DNA of 64,000 nt from the NCBI RefSeq assembly GCF_000150275.1, contig NW_002060945.1, forward strand, positions 9,597,128 through 9,661,127, in the 5' to 3' direction. The stretch is from Trichoplax adhaerens (Eukaryota > Animalia > Placozoa). A program made the translations under genes and the position numbers. The notes beneath the pieces are model-generated. The model was not told the DNA's origin. It made no database searches and worked only from the letters and a program-made list of their open reading frames with translations. Shown piece by piece: positions 1 to 13,847 of this stretch. Position 1 is the first letter of the stretch. Each line of letters opens with the position of its first letter.

Positions 1-123
1 TATGCATGCCAATTAATTATGCATCATCAGTACTTATCATCATTGAATGATTGAATTGCATGGTACAGAAAGAACAACAGGATCAGGTCATCTCCATTTC
101 CCAAAGTTCATTACTAGTTGATT

Positions 124-672
124 CTATAAGCCCGCTAATTCCTTCTGTAATTGCGCTTTCTTGCTTACTTTAGCAGCTTGTTCCGCGTTGAGCTCTTTGA
201 TTTCACCACTGTCAAGCTTTTCCTGTAATTCCCTAATTTGGCGTAATTTTTTTTGAATATTTCTCTTCCTACTATCCGATAGTTGACTATGATCAGGCGT
301 AGGTTTATTCCATTCGTCGGTGCTAGTAGGTTGATTTCCGATAGTGCATTTTTCTAACTTGTCGGCGGCATTTTGGACATTATCATGGCTTGCAGGGGAA
401 GGCTGATTTTTCAACTGTTTCTTTAATTTTCGTTGTTCATTTTTCTTTTGAGCTTTACTCTTGGCTTTGGAAGATTCCGTTGTGTCTACAACTAGGCCTG
501 GAGGCATGGATGAGCTCTGATTCTTAACTATCTTTTTACCAATACTTTCATAGGTGGCCATTTCATCCTGTGGCACATAACCTTCTTTGACCTTTCGCTC
601 TTTCCTCCAAGTGCCATCGGGTCTTTTCGTAGCCGGAATACTATATGCCGATTTCTCATTACTCGTTGCCAT
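124..672 (-). CDS. PYM1: Partner of Y14 and Mago (PYM/WIBG), exon-junction-complex disassembly factor; single coding exon
   Basis: 182-aa ORF with the N-terminal Mago-binding motif IPATKRPDGTWRKERKVKEGYVPQDE and the C-terminal KRNIQKKLRQIRELQEKLDSGEIKELNAEQAAKV helix typical of PYM. Confidence 0.93.
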   Translation of the reverse strand: MATSNEKSAYSIPATKRPDGTWRKERKVKEGYVPQDEMATYESIGKKIVKNQSSSMPPGLVVDTTESSKAKSKAQKKNEQRKLKKQLKNQPSPASHDNVQNAADKLEKCTIGNQPTSTDEWNKPTPDHSQLSDSRKRNIQKKLRQIRELQEKLDSGEIKELNAEQAAKVSKKAQLQKELAGL

Positions 673-1249
673 GATTCAAAATAAGCCTATTTCTACTCAT
701 CAAATGATATTATAAGAAGAAAAAGTGATAATGATCCTCTACTTGCTTGAGCTATGTTGATTTTCCAACCGATTTGCAGTTTGCAGGTGTTGGTTGAATG
801 AGGGTTAAAATGCTTGAAGCCCAGTACAGTAGTTACACTGTGCAGTGTGCACTGTACACTGTACGCGCGTACTGTACTCTACAGTGTACAGTACTATAGT
901 TTCTTTTTTGACTGTACAGTACAGTAGTAGTACAATACTGTAACCATGAACGAGAGATCTCTCTCTAGTAGTGCTGGAATTCCTGGGTCGAAATGAGCGA
1001 TCGAGCGGCGATTTCTCGATTTCCAGTAGCCATGAAACTGTACCCAATACAGTACTGTGTGTTGAAAGAGTCTTCAATGTCACATACAGTACAGACTGTA
1101 TGTGCTAAGCACGTACTATAAAACTCCGTCAAAGCCGTAGAGGTAAGTAAGAAGAAGAATTAGAGTCCGAAAACTGCCTTCATGTTCAGAGCTGTTGGAA
1201 CTGTACTACAGTACAGTATACTGTAGAGTCCAGTACGTTGTACAGTACA

Positions 1250-1950
1250 GTACCGGACCACCAGAAGGAGGCCCAAGTGGTCCGGATCTGTCCAGTGGTC
1301 CAAGCTGTTGAAACTGTACTACAGACAGTACAGTACAGTATTCCAGTTGTACAGTACTAGACTGGAATGCAAATTACACGGTCTACACTCTACAGTACTG
1401 TAGGCACGGACCGCCAGAAGGAGGCCCAAGTGGTCCAAGCTGTTGAAACTGTACAGTACTGTACAGTATTCCAGCTGTGTAGTACTGTACAGTTTCAACA
1501 GCTTGGACCACTGAACAGACCGGTTAAGTGCCCATACGCAATTCCAGCAGGCACGGATCACCAGAAGGACGCCCAAGTGGTCCAAGCTGTTAAAACTGTA
1601 CTGTCTACTGGACTGGAATGCAATTTACTGCAGGCACGGACCACCAGAAGGAGGCCCAAGAGGTCCAAGGTCTGTCCAGTGTTCCAAGCCGTTGAAACAG
1701 TACAGTTATTCCTGCAGGCACGGACCACTAGAAGGACGCCCAAGGTCTGTCCAGTGGTCCTAGCTGTTGAAACTGTACTTATTAGTGTACTGTACTACAG
1801 TACAATATTCCAGGCACGGACCACCAGAAGGAGGCCCAAGTGGTCCAAGCCGTTGAAACAGTTCAGTTGTTCCAGTCCAGTACAGCGTACTGGACTGGAA
1901 TGCAATTTCCAGCAGGCACGGACCACCAGAAGGACGTCCAAGTGGTCCAT
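1250..1950. repeat. Imperfect tandem array of a ~50-bp core, GCACGGACCACCAGAAGGAGGCCCAAGTGGTCCAAGCTGTTGAAACTGTAC
   Basis: About 7 forward copies (near 1254, 1403, 1550, 1633, 1717, 1813, 1915) plus an inverted partial copy at ~1487-1520. Copies are separated by related ACAGT-rich linkers. Confidence 0.92.
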
Positions 1951-2336
1951 GGTCTAGTCTCCACCGTCTGTCACAGTACTGTAGTTGTCCATGGTACAGT
2001 ACAATGCACCCTACATCACCGCTGGGAATACTGCAGTATACTGTACGGAACAGCGGGTTGATCTTGTATGCAATCCCCTGCCCATTTGTACACTGTACTG
2101 GTAAAGTGGATATTGCCCATTTCGTCTTGCTATGGGTAATGGAGTCTTGGCTGCCATCATAGTTACTCGCTCAAAGCCTCATCATCACTTACCTAACTTA
2201 CTGTTCATGTAATCTTACAAACAACATTTTCGTGCCTTCAACAATTCAAAAAGTGGAGAACAATATCGTAGTCAAGATTTCAATTATTACTTCTATCTTA
2301 AGGCAATAACGCGGATTGTTGAGTAATCCAAGCAAA

Positions 2337-5300
2337 ATGATGAGGAAAAGCATCGACTACGACGCAACTTGGGCGTCATTGCGAAAAGTCATCTTTGATG
2401 TTCTTACATTGAAACCGGTGGATCGAATTATATGGAGCGATAGTATATCGTATCCTTAACATCATAGGTCTATTATTTGTTAGCCAGATATTCATTTTCA
2501 ACCTTAAAATTGTTGCAATCCAATAGTAAACGACCTTACAGGATTAGTGTGTTGACATGATTGTCCTAGGCAAGCCTATACAGTACTGTAGCGCCATGAC
2601 CAAATGGATGCAATACTAGCAGTCATGTTACTTTACCCTATGATCGATCAATAGGGTAGAATGCCTTGATCTCTTAATCATGACAGTACTATAAAATTGA
2701 TCAATCGATGAAATAATCATGTAAGTTACAATGACTTTCCTATCATTCTGATGGACTATCTTACTTCATTCTTGCTATCATGAACTACTGTAACAGTATT
2801 GTGTCAACATGATTCTGTGTAGTCTGTAGCGATCAGTAAATAACTTGTAAACTAAAACTAAAATTATACCTACTCACCATGATGATCAATATTACAACAC
2901 TGTACATAGGTAAAAGTAGTTAATATCCAGTGTTACAGGAGATTAAAATAGCTTCAATTACAATTATATCTGGTAACTAACTATTACTATCATCATGGAT
3001 AGTCTATTGCAGTAGCTGTGCTAGCTCAATTTCAAAACAAGGAAAGAATAGGGATCAATTCAAACTTGTACTACTCTCCAAGAGTTAATGGCGATAACCT
3101 GACTATTATATTCTCTATGTACTAATACATGACTATGACTTGGAGATATTTTCTTTAATGTCAAAATTTCTTACTCGCTCATGAAAAAAGTGATATTTAC
3201 TCTATTTGCATCTCTTCTTCGGAATATATCGAGCGTATTTACAACGATTGCAAGGAATTCCTTATTTCCCATATTACCCATATTAAAAAGGAGGTAAGTT
3301 GAATGAAAGGACTGATGTTACTACTGCATACACGGTACATGCTGAATCACACTATGTCTAAAGATATAGTTTAGTAACATGTCAATACAATATCAAGTTA
3401 TGGCTGCGCTATGCTTAGTCTTATGCCTTAGAAATATTTTCGCATGTACAAGTCACGCAAGGATGTGATGACGCAAAACTAGAAATGTACTCTTTTTATA
3501 TTTAGGCCATCAAAGAATTACTTGCCTATTTTAATAGCGAAATAGTTTAATGCTGCTGATTAGTATGATGAGACAAATAATTAATTTTAATTACATATTA
3601 GCTACATGGTGGAACTTTTAGAATGTACTAACTTAGATTTAAAAGGCAGCATCCTACTCTGCTAAAATTAAAGGCTAAAGGGCATAGCAGTAATAATATT
3701 ACTAAAATGTCATAATGCACGTCGTAATTCCAGTGATGTGAATTTGACTTTACCCTTAAATTTATACACTGTACCGTAAATCGTCTCATAAAATAGGGTC
3801 CTTTCTACAATAATGTAATACAGTAATTATTCATCAATCACATGATCGCAATTGATATTTTGACTGCAGCGTTCCAATATATTTCATCATCACTATACTA
3901 ATCTCTTATTCGCCAATTGTAGCTGACTGGTGTATACTCGCAAGCTTTACTGAAAAAATATTATGAATATTGGATAAAATTTAGCTCTGGAGCCAGTTAT
4001 CTCAATTCCATGTTTACGTATGTTTAATAGCATATTTAGTTATAAGTGTTATAAATGTAGCGTTGTCAACGATTACATATGAAATAATTGATATTTATGT
4101 AGCTTAAAATTGAAAAGTATTCATATAGATATAACGAAAGCAAGAAATTATAACTGATTTTAGTACAGAATTATGTGATTTAACAAAACAAGGCACTACA
4201 GTAACCGTAATCACGCGCTAGTAAAATGATTGCAATACGCGTACAACCTTACTTCTTAATAAATATTACATGCAATCCGGCCCTTTATTCTCCACTTATT
4301 GTATCCTTATTAACTATTTTTCATTATCGAGTCTAGCTGTCGAATATGTACGCAGGTTCAAGTAGTTTTTTACTAAATCTTGTTTCTATCATCTACCAGG
4401 TATCTCAATCGTAGTCGCAATTATATGCATGGAAGCGACAGCTCTTATGAACAGATGCCCTATTCAAGCCAAGAGAATGAGGAGCTACCAGCAGAAATTG
4501 GACAAGTAATTAGACACGCTAATTTTCAAATTTTTTATTACAATATTAGTCACTATGTTGTAAATTGTTACATGCAGTTCTAATAGTAATGTGCATTAAT
4601 TTACGAATGGTTATCATCATTGTTAACAAATTCATTATTCCATCAATTATTGAATATTTTTTAACACAGATTGCCATGCAGCAATGGCAGGAAATAATCA
4701 TTGAGGAATACCAAGTTGAATTGGTCAATGTTTTACTTGCTGCCATAGAAAAGTTTGTAGCTACCCTATGAACTGATATTTTTTAATATTTCAAATTTGA
4801 ATGTTGTTATGACTAATTGTTACTAGCCGTTGTAATATCATGCTGTCTTCTATGACGTTTTATATAAATCTATATATAATGATTCTTATCTAAACACTTC
4901 ACAGTGATCGTAAAGAAGAAAATATTCCTGTTGCAGATTTAGTACAGGGTGTTATCCATTCGTTTGGTAAATTCGTTGAACTCTAAATTAAATTTTATCG
5001 CTAGTAGTTATAATGGTATACAGTAGATAACACTCTATCAGATACATTCTGACAATTATGCCTAATTTATTGTTTGATATCATCAATTTACAGTTAATGT
5101 AAAAGGGGATGAAGTAACATCTCTCAAGGTAGGCTATTATCCATTAGGAAAGACAATTGTATAGTAATTTTGTATTTATTTAATACATAAAAATAGATGA
5201 AATTAATATATAATCCTTACGGATATCCTTTACAAATCTACTGAGAACATTATCTTATAACCGACAAAATATACTTCACTGTAGTTTTATCAATCGGTAT

Positions 5301-8300
5301 TTGAAGCTCGGCTCCTGGAAGAGACAAAAAATTTCTATGCTCGTGAGCTTGCTCGACTAAGGGAATCTTATGATTTTTCAGGATTCATAAAGGCCGTATG
5401 TAAAGCTTACATTTTATAATACGAATATAGATAGCTGTTATTTACCTATTTAAAGTTGCTAAACAATCTATGTGTCACATTACATTTTCGCAGGTTAAGA
5501 ATAGAATTGATGCTGAGCAACACCGGTGTCAGAAATTTTTTCATGTTAGTTCGCATAGTAAAGTACTGAAAGCGTGCATATCACGACTAACAGCTGAACA
5601 GATAGACTATCTCAACTGCGAATGTGCACGACTTGTAAAAAATGAGTTAATCGACGGTAAGCATTGGACTTTTTATATAATAGATCTTTAGCGTAATAAT
5701 GGATTGTAATTAAATTTCAGAGCCTTCGGTATATCATATTTTACAGTTGCAGTGCCAATAATAGATTCCAGACAATGTATCTAATTGATTTACATATATC
5801 ACTTATAGATTTAAACTGTTTATATAAATTACTGAGATTGGTTGATAATGGTCTAAAAGTTATGCTTCAGGAGATAGAAAGTCATATCAAAAGAATTGGT
5901 AAGTTGCTTGTTATAAATTTATTCAGAAAAGTAAACTTGATACCACGCACTAAATATTATATAATACGAAATAGTACGCAACACTAGTAATAAAGTAAAA
6001 ATGTTTTAGGCGTTGAAGTCACTGCTGACCTACGGAAGGAAAACGTACGATGAATTGAAGATTGTAGCAGATCGAATCTTTCCATACAATTTTAAATAAA
6101 GCATATTAAATTATTAACAAATTTTCTTTAAATGTCGTATTGTAGACTTGTGAAGATTATGTGAATGCTATGCTTAAGGTATCCGATAGATTTTCGACAC
6201 TGATCCAACAGGCTTTTGAGGAAGATCCGGAATTTAAGACAATCTTTGGAAAAGTAAACTAAAGCTGGCCAGAATATTTGATATATAGATATATTTATTA
6301 ATTTAAGGCAGTATCAAATGACATCATTATTTAAAAAATAGGCCATCAGAGCTGTAATAAATCATTCGAACTCTTCCAGTACTCCTATCAGGGCTGCTGA
6401 AATTGTAAATGATACCGTAGCTTTTTCAATTAATTCTATTGATCAGTTTTATTCGGGTCGTTTCTGTCTGACTAATGTAACATTTTTTTATTAGCTCGCT
6501 AGATACGCGGACATTCTTTTAAAGAAAGGTTCGAAAAACTGGAGTGATGCTGAGTTGGATGATAAGCAATCTCACGTGGTTAATAAAGAAGCCGAAATAC
6601 GTTTTACTCTTCCTGTTTGATTTATAGCTTTTCTTACTCAAATTTATCGTTTCAGATTAACCTATTTAAATATGTGGACGATAAGGACCTATTTCAGAAG
6701 GTATTAGTTCAAGTTTTGCTTCTACAATTTAAGTAGCGATTTCCATTCGAAGAGTAGTGCAGAAGGCTATTTTAGCTACTACAGATCGCAAATCTCATTC
6801 ATTGATTATATTTAGTTCTATAGCAAATTCTTAGCTAAGCGATTGATTATGAATGGATCGATATCGTTGGATGCTGAGGAAGAAATGATAAAAAAATTAA
6901 AGGTATTAAAAATTAAGTAAAATACTCAAATTTGTCTAGATCTCGGATATACATAGCCACATTTGATTGTAATATCTTCTTTGAATATCAGATTATTTGT
7001 GGTTACGAGTATACAAGCCGACTACATCAAATGTTCACAGATATACGTTTGAACGAAGGTGTAAACAGCGAATTTTCATCTTATTTGAATAAGAAAAACA
7101 TCAAATTAACCGTGAATTTTAGCGCCAGCGTCCTACAGGTATGTAGTCATGCAATAATATATCACTTAAAACTGCTGACTTTTTGTTTCTGTTACCGTTA
7201 CCAGTCTGGAGCCTGGCCTTTAAATCAAACTTCTTCGCCATATTCTATACCACCAGATCTGGAAAGATCGCTCACAACGGTATTATTCTAAGTTTGATAC
7301 AATAAAATATTCACTTAGAGTTAATCTTAAATCTTTTTTCAGTTCGAAGAATACTACTGCACCTCGTTACACCGTGGAAGAAAACTAGTTTGGTTACCTT
7401 ACCTCTCTACTGGTAAAATTTAATACTTATAGAGCGAAGTGTTTATAATTCGTATGCAGTTTTCTGTAAAACTAACCAATGCTGCAATTTGTTAAATCCC
7501 TTTTTAGCTGAACTTCGTATGACCTATCTAAAGAAGGGTTACTATGTCACTACAACAACTTATCAGATGGCAGTTTTACTTTTATACAACAATGCTTTAT
7601 CGTATACAGGACGGTAGGTCAATCACTGAATGTAAACTATATTAAACCGTTAAAGCTATACTTTTCTAATATAAAGTTGGTACAATTGCAACAGAGATAT
7701 CGCAACGTGGACGCAATTGACTGAAAAGGAATTAATTAGAACTCTCTCCAGTCTAGAAGCAGCAAAAATTCTAATTAAAGTTAGAATTTTTAATGAATGT
7801 TCTGTTACAGCAAAAATTTTTTAAAAGAATGTATCGTAATTATAGGAAAATTCCCGTGAAGGTAATAGTTATAAGCTGAATTTAGAATTTGGTAATAAAC
7901 GCACAAAATTTAAGATAGCATCATCGTCTATACGTGAGAGTCCTCAGGTAAAGGATTTTTAATTGCTCCCCTTATCCATCTAATTTAAAATAGTAGAGAT
8001 AATTTACCTATTTTTTATGTTCTTCAGGAAATAACCAAGGTTCACAGTAGAATTGAAGAAGAGAGGAAATTATTCCTACAGGTAAAAAGCATGGATAACT
8101 TTGCAATTGAGTGTTTCGGTGTCTAAGTAATTAAATGTTTATATGTAACTTGCAGGCAACAATAGTTCGAATAATGAAATCGCGAAAAGTCTTAAATCAT
8201 AACTCCCTTTTAGAAGAGGTTAAAAATTTATTTAATGCGTGTGATATCGTATAGTCATAGATTGCAAAAGTTTCCTTATTCTCATTTTAACCTGACTGTT

Positions 8301-8526
8301 AGGTCATTAAGATGTCAGTTAATAGATTTTCGCCCTCCATTGTGCTTATTAAGGTAAGTTTTCGAATTACTATTCTAATCTATGCTATACAAGTATCTAC
8401 GGAATAAAAGCTTAAATTCTTAACGTGGTACTATATCATTGTTAGAAATGCATTGAACTTCTGATCGAGAAAGATTACATGAAGAGAAATGAGGGAAGAC
8501 AAGATGAGTACAACTACATCGCGTAA
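2337..8526 (+). CDS. CUL2: Cullin-2, multi-exon (about 20 short exons)
   Basis: Exon 1 (2337-2449) MMRKSIDYDATWASLRKVIFDVLTLKPVDRIIWSDSIS joins exon 2 (3191-3293) DIYSIC.., matching CUL2 'DFDETW..WNDRFSDIYALC'. Later exons give LARYADILLKKG, FKYVDDKDLFQKFYSKFLAKRLI, CGYEYTSRLHQMFTD, QSGAWPL, the neddylation motif IVRIMKSRK (~8162) and the end KCIELLIEKDYMKR..YNYIA-TAA (8524-8526). Confidence 0.93.
2450..3190 (+). other. U12-type (minor spliceosome) GT-AG intron in CUL2
   Basis: The donor GTATCCTT matches the U12 consensus exactly. A branch-like TTCTTTAAT lies at ~3151-3159. The acceptor (ATGAAAAAAG) has no polypyrimidine tract. Splicing restores the frame (TC|T = Ser). Confidence 0.85.
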
Positions 8527-11500
8527 AATGCGCAGTGTGACACTTAATGGCTTACTCGATCTTAGTAATGTAAATGAGAGCTTTGTGGCTAAATAGCATG
8601 AAATAACTCTGTTCCATATATCTCTTGTCGTGATTATTGCAAAATCATAATTAAATGAATGAGTGAATGAACGATTGGTTTTTTACCACCTAAATGATTT
8701 GAGTGACTTATTTATTGCCAAGCTCATAGTTGTCTATATGATCCATTGGATACCTGTAAGGGCAAAGATACGTATTTTGCTATGTACACTGTACAGTATA
8801 ATGATGCGATAATTAATAACTTTTTCTGGAAATGTCTACATTGTAACGCAAGAAATATCTTGCGTTATCTGGAAGTAAACTAATTACTGCCTATAACTTT
8901 TACCTGTGTTTTATGTGTTCAATGATAAAGTAATTCCATCAATAGGTACTTGAATATACTATAATTTTACTTCTTGATACGATGCTTAGAGTCGCTATCC
9001 GCTAAAGCGTGCAGTTATGCTGTAGTACATAATGTTCATTATCTATCAGAATTGAAAGATACTATAATGAAAACATTACGATCTACGTAGTGCTGCATAT
9101 TAAGTACGTATAATATAGTGAAGCAGTACTGAATTATTTAGTAATTTACTGTAGATTAGAATTTAGAAAGCTAATGCACTATATTATAGTAAAATGATCC
9201 ACGTATCTATTGTTGGTCCCTCGGTATAATTTGATAAGGGTACATTCAGCCGGCAAATGGTGGTACGTATATAATTGTAGTATTGCATTAAATCAGTTCT
9301 TAACAATAAAACTTATCAGTCTAAAACTAAACTAGCACGAAAATTCTTGTTGGGTAAGGGTAACAGCATATTACTACGGTAGTGAACAGCAGGCGATACT
9401 ATACATATTTAATACGTGCATTTAACGTGTATATTAGGTAATAAGGTACACGAGTGAAAAAGGGGACAAACATCTGATTCGTAACTTCAATTTCTTTAGT
9501 TTTACACACCCGTATAGGGTCTATACACAACTTATAATAAATTCGTAAAACTAGCGAACAAATTTACGCTTTCTTTCGCTTAGGAATATCTAAAGAACAA
9601 GCCAAGGAAAATTGGATGAAGAAGGCGGATAAATTAATCGGAAAAAAATGTGGCAGGGAGCATGGCAGTATTTCTAATGATGCATGATTACACTTTAGTG
9701 ATACGTTCTATAGCCTTCTAAATATCCATTATTAATACTGTAATAACATTCTATCGATTAGTGACTACTGTAATACAAGAACGAGAAGGTTTTACGATAA
9801 GCCTAATATACAACGTACAGCAGTCGTTGTGGTATACTATAGTATAATTTCTTCGAGGTATAAATGCGATATACAGTACTGTAATAACAATACTCTAGCG
9901 ATTCTATTCGTATACAAGAATACGCGTATGCAGTGTAATATTAGAAGATCATCGTCATGTGCGGTGAGAAGGTTTTAGTATACGAAGTAGGATTAATCCA
10001 AGGCATTATTTGAACTAACCAAAGAATGGAGTAAATGTAGCATAGTATAATCTCTTCAGATCACTCATGAGAAATACGATATGATAATTAATTATACCGG
10101 CCGAGAACACTATATCGATTGACAGCTACTGTAATGGGGGGAGGTGAACTAGATACTTTTTACTGTTGTTCTACCTCCGATGGACATGATGACAACAAAG
10201 AGAAACTCACACTAATTCTAATTTAATTAAAAGGATTGTGTATTGTAAGCTAATCCCCTTTAAAAAGGTGAAAATTGAACGCAATTTGAAGTATTCCTCA
10301 GTCTACACTGTGCTCTTAAAAGAGCATCGAGAAAGGATCGAGGCCCATTCCACTCTATCCCACAGCATTTAGATGATTGCAATTTCAAGGGCATTGACTT
10401 GCAACAAAAGAAGACAAACAAAATGGATGATTCTCGCAGCACATCGACGCAGTATTTGGCAAGGAATCATCCTATCCCATGATCAACGTTGACATACGAT
10501 TGAAATAGTTGTGTACAGCTATGGACTACTAAACAGAACACTGCATTTAGTAGTCCATAGCATAGCGAAGCAGAAAAGTTCTTGTCAATACTACAGAAGG
10601 CATCGAGAAGAGTCGAGAGAAGAGAGTTATTGGTATTTGTTTGTTTGTTTTTATTTATTTATGGCTCATAGGACGGACGTCCGGATTGTTTGCATAAGTA
10701 AAAAAATCTCCACTGTACTATACACTGCATTGCTAACATGATACACTACACAGTCAGTACTATAGGCATGACTAAAAGGTGCATGCGCTTACACACAGAC
10801 CCTCGCCGCGTGCAACCAGTACATAAATCGATCGGCCAGATCCATTTCTGCACTTGACTGGTTTCCAACGAGCTGCAAGAAGGTACCTGGAAAGCGGAAA
10901 AAAACAACAACAACGTTAGAATGGAAGTAAGTAGCGTTAAAATGGATCAAGAAATCATTTAATCTCAGCTGTTACCAGTACTAAATGAGAGTAAAGCAGT
11001 CATTGAAATGGTAGATTTGGATGTTAGTTGATTTGAGTTTTCCCAGTACACTTATGTCGGAAAGTTGAACCTTAAAATAGGACGCTTTTACCGTAGGGAG
11101 TATAGACATAGTCGTAAACAGTGTCGCAGTGCCATGGCGATAACGGATTGATGAAGAGTACAATATAGAAGGATTGTTGAAAAGCTCTCCATGAAGTTAT
11201 TTTAAGCTGTTCATCATTTTTCCTTTTTGTTCGTTCTATATCCTGCCTTTTTAAATTGAATACAACTCATTAACTAAATACAGTCGTGAAAAATTTCTTA
11301 TTCAATGACAATCCTATGGAAATGGGAGATTCCTAATTGCCATCATGATTTTGTGTTCAACCAGACTAGCTGATGTTGATATTGTCTGATCATCAAATAA
11401 TGAATCATTGACTTCATTGTTGTTCACCAGATTGGACAGATGAACAAAAACTGACTGTAGGTCAATTAACTTAAAGTATTAATTATAAATGAGAAGCTGT

Positions 11501-12512
11501 CAATGGACATAAGTGACGGTCAGTGTTGAGCGTATTGCATACTACGGACTATGGACTGCAGAGTGGTCTTTAGAAGTGTTGTTATTCTTCGATTTTGATT
11601 ACAAATATAACAAGGGATCAATCGTTCGATCCAAAGGGCTAAAATGCACATATAGTGTAAACAGGCATGCATCTTTACCATCCTACTGCCTAACCTGATC
11701 GAAAAGCTGTGCTCATGCTTCTACAGAAAATCTAAAATCAAGTCAACATACCTACCCTACAGCAATGCAAAACCAATACTGTACTGTAAAAATAAATTAT
11801 ACGCATTATAGTACACGTATACGTAGAATGTAAACTATAAAATAGAATTATTCAGTTTTCGTCTACTGGTATTGTTAACTTAATATACGTTCGCAGATTA
11901 TTCTTCCGAATACTACAATATCTTTCGTATGTAGTCGTGGTATTTTCAAAACTAATAATAGTCAACAGCAACATCTGCCTGCTACGAAACATACGAGTGT
12001 TTTTCATGACTGCAACTATACTGATAGACTAATACAATATTTGCGATCCAAAGTTTAAAATTATGAGATTGGCAGCGAAATTTCCACTCGCATTTTACAA
12101 ATTGGTTTTCAATACTATTAACTCTCTAACTTGAGTATTAATTATAGGCATTTTTAGTGTTTTAGCAGTCTCAATCGAAAGTTACCTAAGATAGACATAT
12201 GGATCGCAAGTCAGTTCTGTAAACCCAACCATTAGCATTATGTCCTACAGTACCATTGTGTTTGACGCCAATTAACAGTGCTTCAATTTTATATACACAA
12301 CTGTAATTGTAATTGTAATTGTATGTAAACTATCTATCTATCTATCTGTCATATTATATTCACACTATGTACTTCAAGTGCAGCATTATATTAAAGACAA
12401 ATCTACCCATAAATTAAAAATTACACAATTACATATTATTGTTACCTTACAAGATCGACTGAATAATAATATCGCTTTAAAATTCGTTAAATCCTCATAT
12501 CTACATTTGAAG

Positions 12513-13165
12513 GAGGAATTCAAAAGTGCGGTAGATAAGATCAACAATCTTGCAAGTAAACCTTCCAATGAGGATTTATTAGAAATATACGGTCTTTACA
12601 AACAGGCAACTGTTGGCGATTGTAACACTGGTAAGTTATAATTTGTAATGATCACCAAAGTGAGATAATTTTTAATGCTAAACTTATTATTAAAATTTGC
12701 ATATATACAAGTATACTGCATTTCAACGCTATCCTACTCATTACGCTGGTCATAATAGTAGGGAGAGAAAAGAGCTTCTCATGAATTTATCTATTCGTTG
12801 AAATATGCTTTTCGTATATATCTAAGCAAATATGAGTATGAAAATGAACGACAACTTTAACATCAATTAATGATCTTTTAATTATGTAGATCGTCCTGGA
12901 TTTTTTGATCAAAAGAATCGAGCCAAGTGGGATTCATGGAATTCTAAGAAGGGTTAGTAAGCGATAGACATAAATAGAACTGTATCTTAATTTTTCTATA
13001 CTACTGTACATTACTTATACTAATGTTAGAGTACACTCTAAAATATAAATACTGTATTGTGTTAGGAAACATAACCGATTGTAAATTTTGACTCTATTTT
13101 CTAATTTAGGAATGAGTACAGAAGAGGCCAAACAAGCTTACATTAAGAAAGCAAACAGTTTATAA
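12513..13165 (+). CDS. DBI: Acyl-CoA-binding protein (ACBP/DBI); short first exon not resolved
   Basis: Three exons with GT-AG junctions: EEFKSAVDKINNLASKPSNEDLLEIYGLYKQATVGDCNT / DRPGFFDQKNRAKWDSWNSKK / GMSTEEAKQAYIKKANSL*. The ACBP signature YGLYKQATVGD..AKWDSW is present. Confidence 0.92.
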
Positions 13166-13847
13166 TGCAGTAGTTTGGGAATGCTAGTGCTATACACAAT
13201 GCATTGTACACTGCATCTTGTCTAGTGATGCATTATTACGCTAGTTCTATAATTATAGTTATCCTTTATTAATTTGAAATGTCATGATCCATAGTAACCT
13301 TAGGATGTACTTTTCAGTAGGCGGTGAATAAATATTGATGCTTATTCTTTGTCAATCTGAAGGTATCAATTATTATGACCAGATAAAAAATTCAAATAAA
13401 AACTACGATTTAACGTATATGTAATCTTGGCATAATCACGCTTCGTATTAACTATCACTTGATAAGGACGCATTCGCTCCAAAAGATTTATAAGTTAAGA
13501 TAAAAACAACAGAGCCGATAGGATCCATTGCTAGGATATTTCGTGTATACAACATAAAATACAGTGCAATACATCCAATATGTTAAAATTACCTGAGAAA
13601 TTAGTACTTAGCATAGTACTGTGCTAACTCAATTAAGCTACTTAGTATGCAAGAATACTCCTTGAAAGGTAATACTAAACATTTTTTAAGTATATAAATA
13701 TCCAGACTGGTCGATAAGCGACAGTATTACGTCAAAAGAGCTATCATATTCCACAAAATACTATATCATTTTCGTGATTGTCAATAATCTTAAATCATGT
13801 CTGCTCATCTTACTTGTATTGTAGTCAACAGTAATTAATCATAGGTT

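Noticed and set aside
1250-1950. CRISPR-like array (palindromic repeats with spacers)
   Set aside because: The linkers are related to each other and irregular in length, the repeats are degenerate, there are no cas genes, and the context is eukaryotic.
805-2061. ORFs of 61-196 aa over the PYM1/CUL2 intergenic repeat (and their copies at 61756-63201)
   Set aside because: They are translations of repeats and ACAGT runs (YSTV/TVLY-rich) with no recognisable domain; some are extended through N runs.
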